NCBI GenBank assembly: GCA_030390025.1
Contig: CM059432.1
Location: 58,282,001-58,346,000, forward strand
Length of the DNA stretch: 64,000 bases
Reading direction: 5' to 3'
From: Squalus acanthias
Lineage: Eukaryota
Shown here piece after piece: positions 62,822-64,000 of this stretch (positions within the stretch are counted from its first letter, which is position 1; every line of letters begins with the position of its first letter). The notes under the pieces were generated by a model that was not told the DNA's origin, did no database searches, and saw nothing but the letters and a program-made list of their open reading frames with translations. The translations under genes were made by a program, and so were the position numbers.

Positions 62822-63885
62822 GGGCGCGATCTTGCCAGCTCTGGGGAGGCGGGTATGGAGGCGGGACTGCCGGGAAAATGGCAGAATTTGGGGGCGGGTG
62901 CCAAACCCACCCCCAACCCGCCTCCGTGCCATCTTGCCAGGAGGCGGATAGCCGTCCCGCGCCGGGTCCCGTCTACCACAGAAGGCAGTAGAGGCCAATT
63001 CATTAAATATATTCAAGAAGGAGTTAGATATATTTCTTAAAGCTAAAGGGATCAAGGGATATGGGGAGAAGGCAGGGACAGGGTACTGAATTTGGATGAT
63101 CAGCCATGATCTCATTGAATGGCGGAGCAGGCTCGAGGGGCTGAATGGCCTGCTCCTGCTCCTATCTTCTATGATTCTATGTTTCTATGTTTCCTTGGAG
63201 GCGGGAAGGGGATTAGTGCCACTTAACTGCCTGTTAACAGGTAGTTAACAGGCAGATAAGAGGATTATCCCCATTTTGAGCCCTGAAATACGGGCTTCCT
63301 GAAGGCTCCAAACCCCGCCAGGGTCACTGAGGCGAGTAGTGGGTCTGCAGGGGTCGGAGGGGTCTAAAAGTGTGCTGTGGAGGTAAGTGATGGTGCAAGA
63401 GTGGAGAGGTGAGTATCTGAGGTAAGTGGAAAGTGTTAGTAAAAGTGTACTTACCTTTGTTTCTTCCTGCAGGCTTCAATCAGTGGGTTTGCGGAGAGCC
63501 TCGCACCTCCACATTGGAGATGACAGATGGCCGTTGCATTCTCCAATGCAACAAACATCTCATTTCTGCAAAAGAAAGAGGTTTGATGAGGTCTTGAATT
63601 CAAGAACTCATCAAACTACATAGATTGTCACTGTTTGACAGCTTCACAGAGCTGTCAAACAATGACAATTCATCTGTCAAAACTTTTTGACAGATGAAAC
63701 ATCATTCGTTGACGTTCTCTGCAACCAGCTTTCCCTTAATTGGCCTGCTAAGCCCGCCGGGCGGGCTTAACATTGTCAATCAAGGGAAAATAGCGTGGGT
63801 TGGCCAGAAGTTGATGGAGGCGGGACTGAAACCCGACAAGTGGGAGTCCCGCCTCCAAAAGCTCCCCATTGGCAAAATCACCCCC
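62822..63885. mobile_element. Non-coding Harbinger-type element (GGAGGCGGG group) with a nested CR1 3' fragment
   Basis: TIRs GGGCGCGATCTTGCCA / TGGCAAAATCACCCCC (13/16), TSD TTT, multiple GGAGGCGGG motifs. Confidence 0.85.
62975..63192 (+). mobile_element. CR1 LINE 3' end fragment
   Basis: 'FKKELDIFL' end of ORF2, 3' UTR and short (TTCTATG)-type tandem tail. Confidence 0.85.
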
Positions 63886-64000
63886 TTTATTTCAGATATT
63901 ATGGCCGACTTTTTCCAATTGTATCATCACCAGTAAATCCCTAAAAATGAATGGGTTACTGCTAGCATTATATTTAGAAAAACTAGATCGATAAATTTCA

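Overview
Eukaryotic DNA, almost entirely transposable-element derived. The repeat repertoire (CR1, Zenon-like CR1, L2 and RTE LINEs, HE1/V-SINE, Deu-type SINE, LF-SINE-like, Poseidon-type Penelope) points to a cartilaginous fish genome; this is an inference. I found no convincing host exon. The dominant feature is a dense cluster of PIF/Harbinger DNA transposons with a convergent two-gene layout: a HARBI1-like DDE transposase plus a 3-exon Myb/SANT-like gene. It includes one full-length copy with perfect TIRs (39341-43569, transposase broken by a single stop), a second large copy invaded by two solo LTRs (~49623-56648), and three ~3.2 kb copies (5962-9218, 30029-33213, 44201-47364) that share one ~1 kb transposase deletion but keep the whole spliced Myb gene. 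Several older remnants and MITEs are also present. Notable patterns: a 'Myb-only' non-autonomous family, a palindromic A.A.-NNN-.T.T target preference, family-specific 9-bp subterminal motifs, an AT-hook and variable heptad coiled coil in the Myb partner protein, and minimal hammerhead ribozyme motifs in Penelope termini. All family names come from motif recognition, not database searches.
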